Source of the DNA: Gekko japonicus
Taxonomy: Eukaryota
Assembly: GCF_001447785.1 (NCBI RefSeq)
Contig: NW_015165236.1
Span: 1,837,294-1,901,293, forward strand
Reading direction: 5' to 3'
Length of the DNA: 64,000 nucleotides
Position 1 is the stretch's first letter. Every line of letters begins with the position of its first letter. The notes under the pieces are model-generated. The model saw only the letters and a list, made by a program, of their open reading frames with translations. It searched no databases and was not told the origin of the DNA. A program made the translations under genes and the position numbers. Positions 63,541 to 64,000 of the stretch are shown here, in pieces.

Positions 63541-64000
63541 GTGAGCGGCTTTGTTTGTTCCTTTTGCTTAGAAGATTTTTGTACTGCTGCTCAATTAGCA
63601 TTTCATTAAGAGAAACACACTGCAGTCGGTGTGAGCTACCTCACAGTGTTTTAGCCTCCAGCTCACATGTTTTTGTCTTAGCCCAGGAAAGATCGGGCTC
63701 CAGAGCACACTAATTTGTGCAGTAGCCGAATCGCTTGGTCACAAATTAGAATTTTTGCTCACAAGAAGACTCCACAGCTTAGAGGGAGCATTGATTGCAG
63801 TACATAAAAAGCCCCAGGAAACAAGCCATCCGCCAGCCGAAGACAGCAGAGTGAAAAAGCCTCTGTTACCAAGGCAGCAGCTGGAGTTCTGGGGCTGCAA
63901 CAGAAAAGACCCTACTCCTTGCAGAGACGAGCCTGGCCATCCTCCACATAAGACGGAAAGTTAAACAGGACTCAGTTTATATGTCTTAAATGCTGGGAGG

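Overview
This is eukaryotic genomic DNA: GC-rich, compact and microchromosome-like, probably from a squamate (gecko-type SINE, CR1 and hAT repeat content), with six N-gaps. It carries the conserved syntenic block GSG1L (+, ~5.1-11.3 kb), KATNIP/KIAA0556 (-, ~44.0 down to 17.2 kb, 23 coding exons traced) and GTF3C1 (+, exons 1-17 from 45422 to the window end). GTF3C1 is head-to-head with KATNIP across a gapped CpG-island promoter. The main surprise lies between the convergent 3' ends of GSG1L and KATNIP: an apparently intact 3-exon gene (14703-15979, ~361 aa, own AATAAA) encoding a low-complexity N-terminus, a coiled coil and a divergent BEN-like domain. I know of no such gene in the human interval, and its internal exons are also in phase with GSG1L exon 5. 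Other notable points: two consecutive U12 (minor-spliceosome) introns in KATNIP; a GC-AG intron with a NAGNAG acceptor in GTF3C1; SINE tails forming the polypyrimidine tracts of two KATNIP exons; a tandem tetramer of tRNA-like SINE heads; all 9 copies of one SINE family co-oriented with host transcription; and several long AT-rich inverted-repeat elements. Gene identities rest on my recall of the vertebrate protein sequences; no searches were run.
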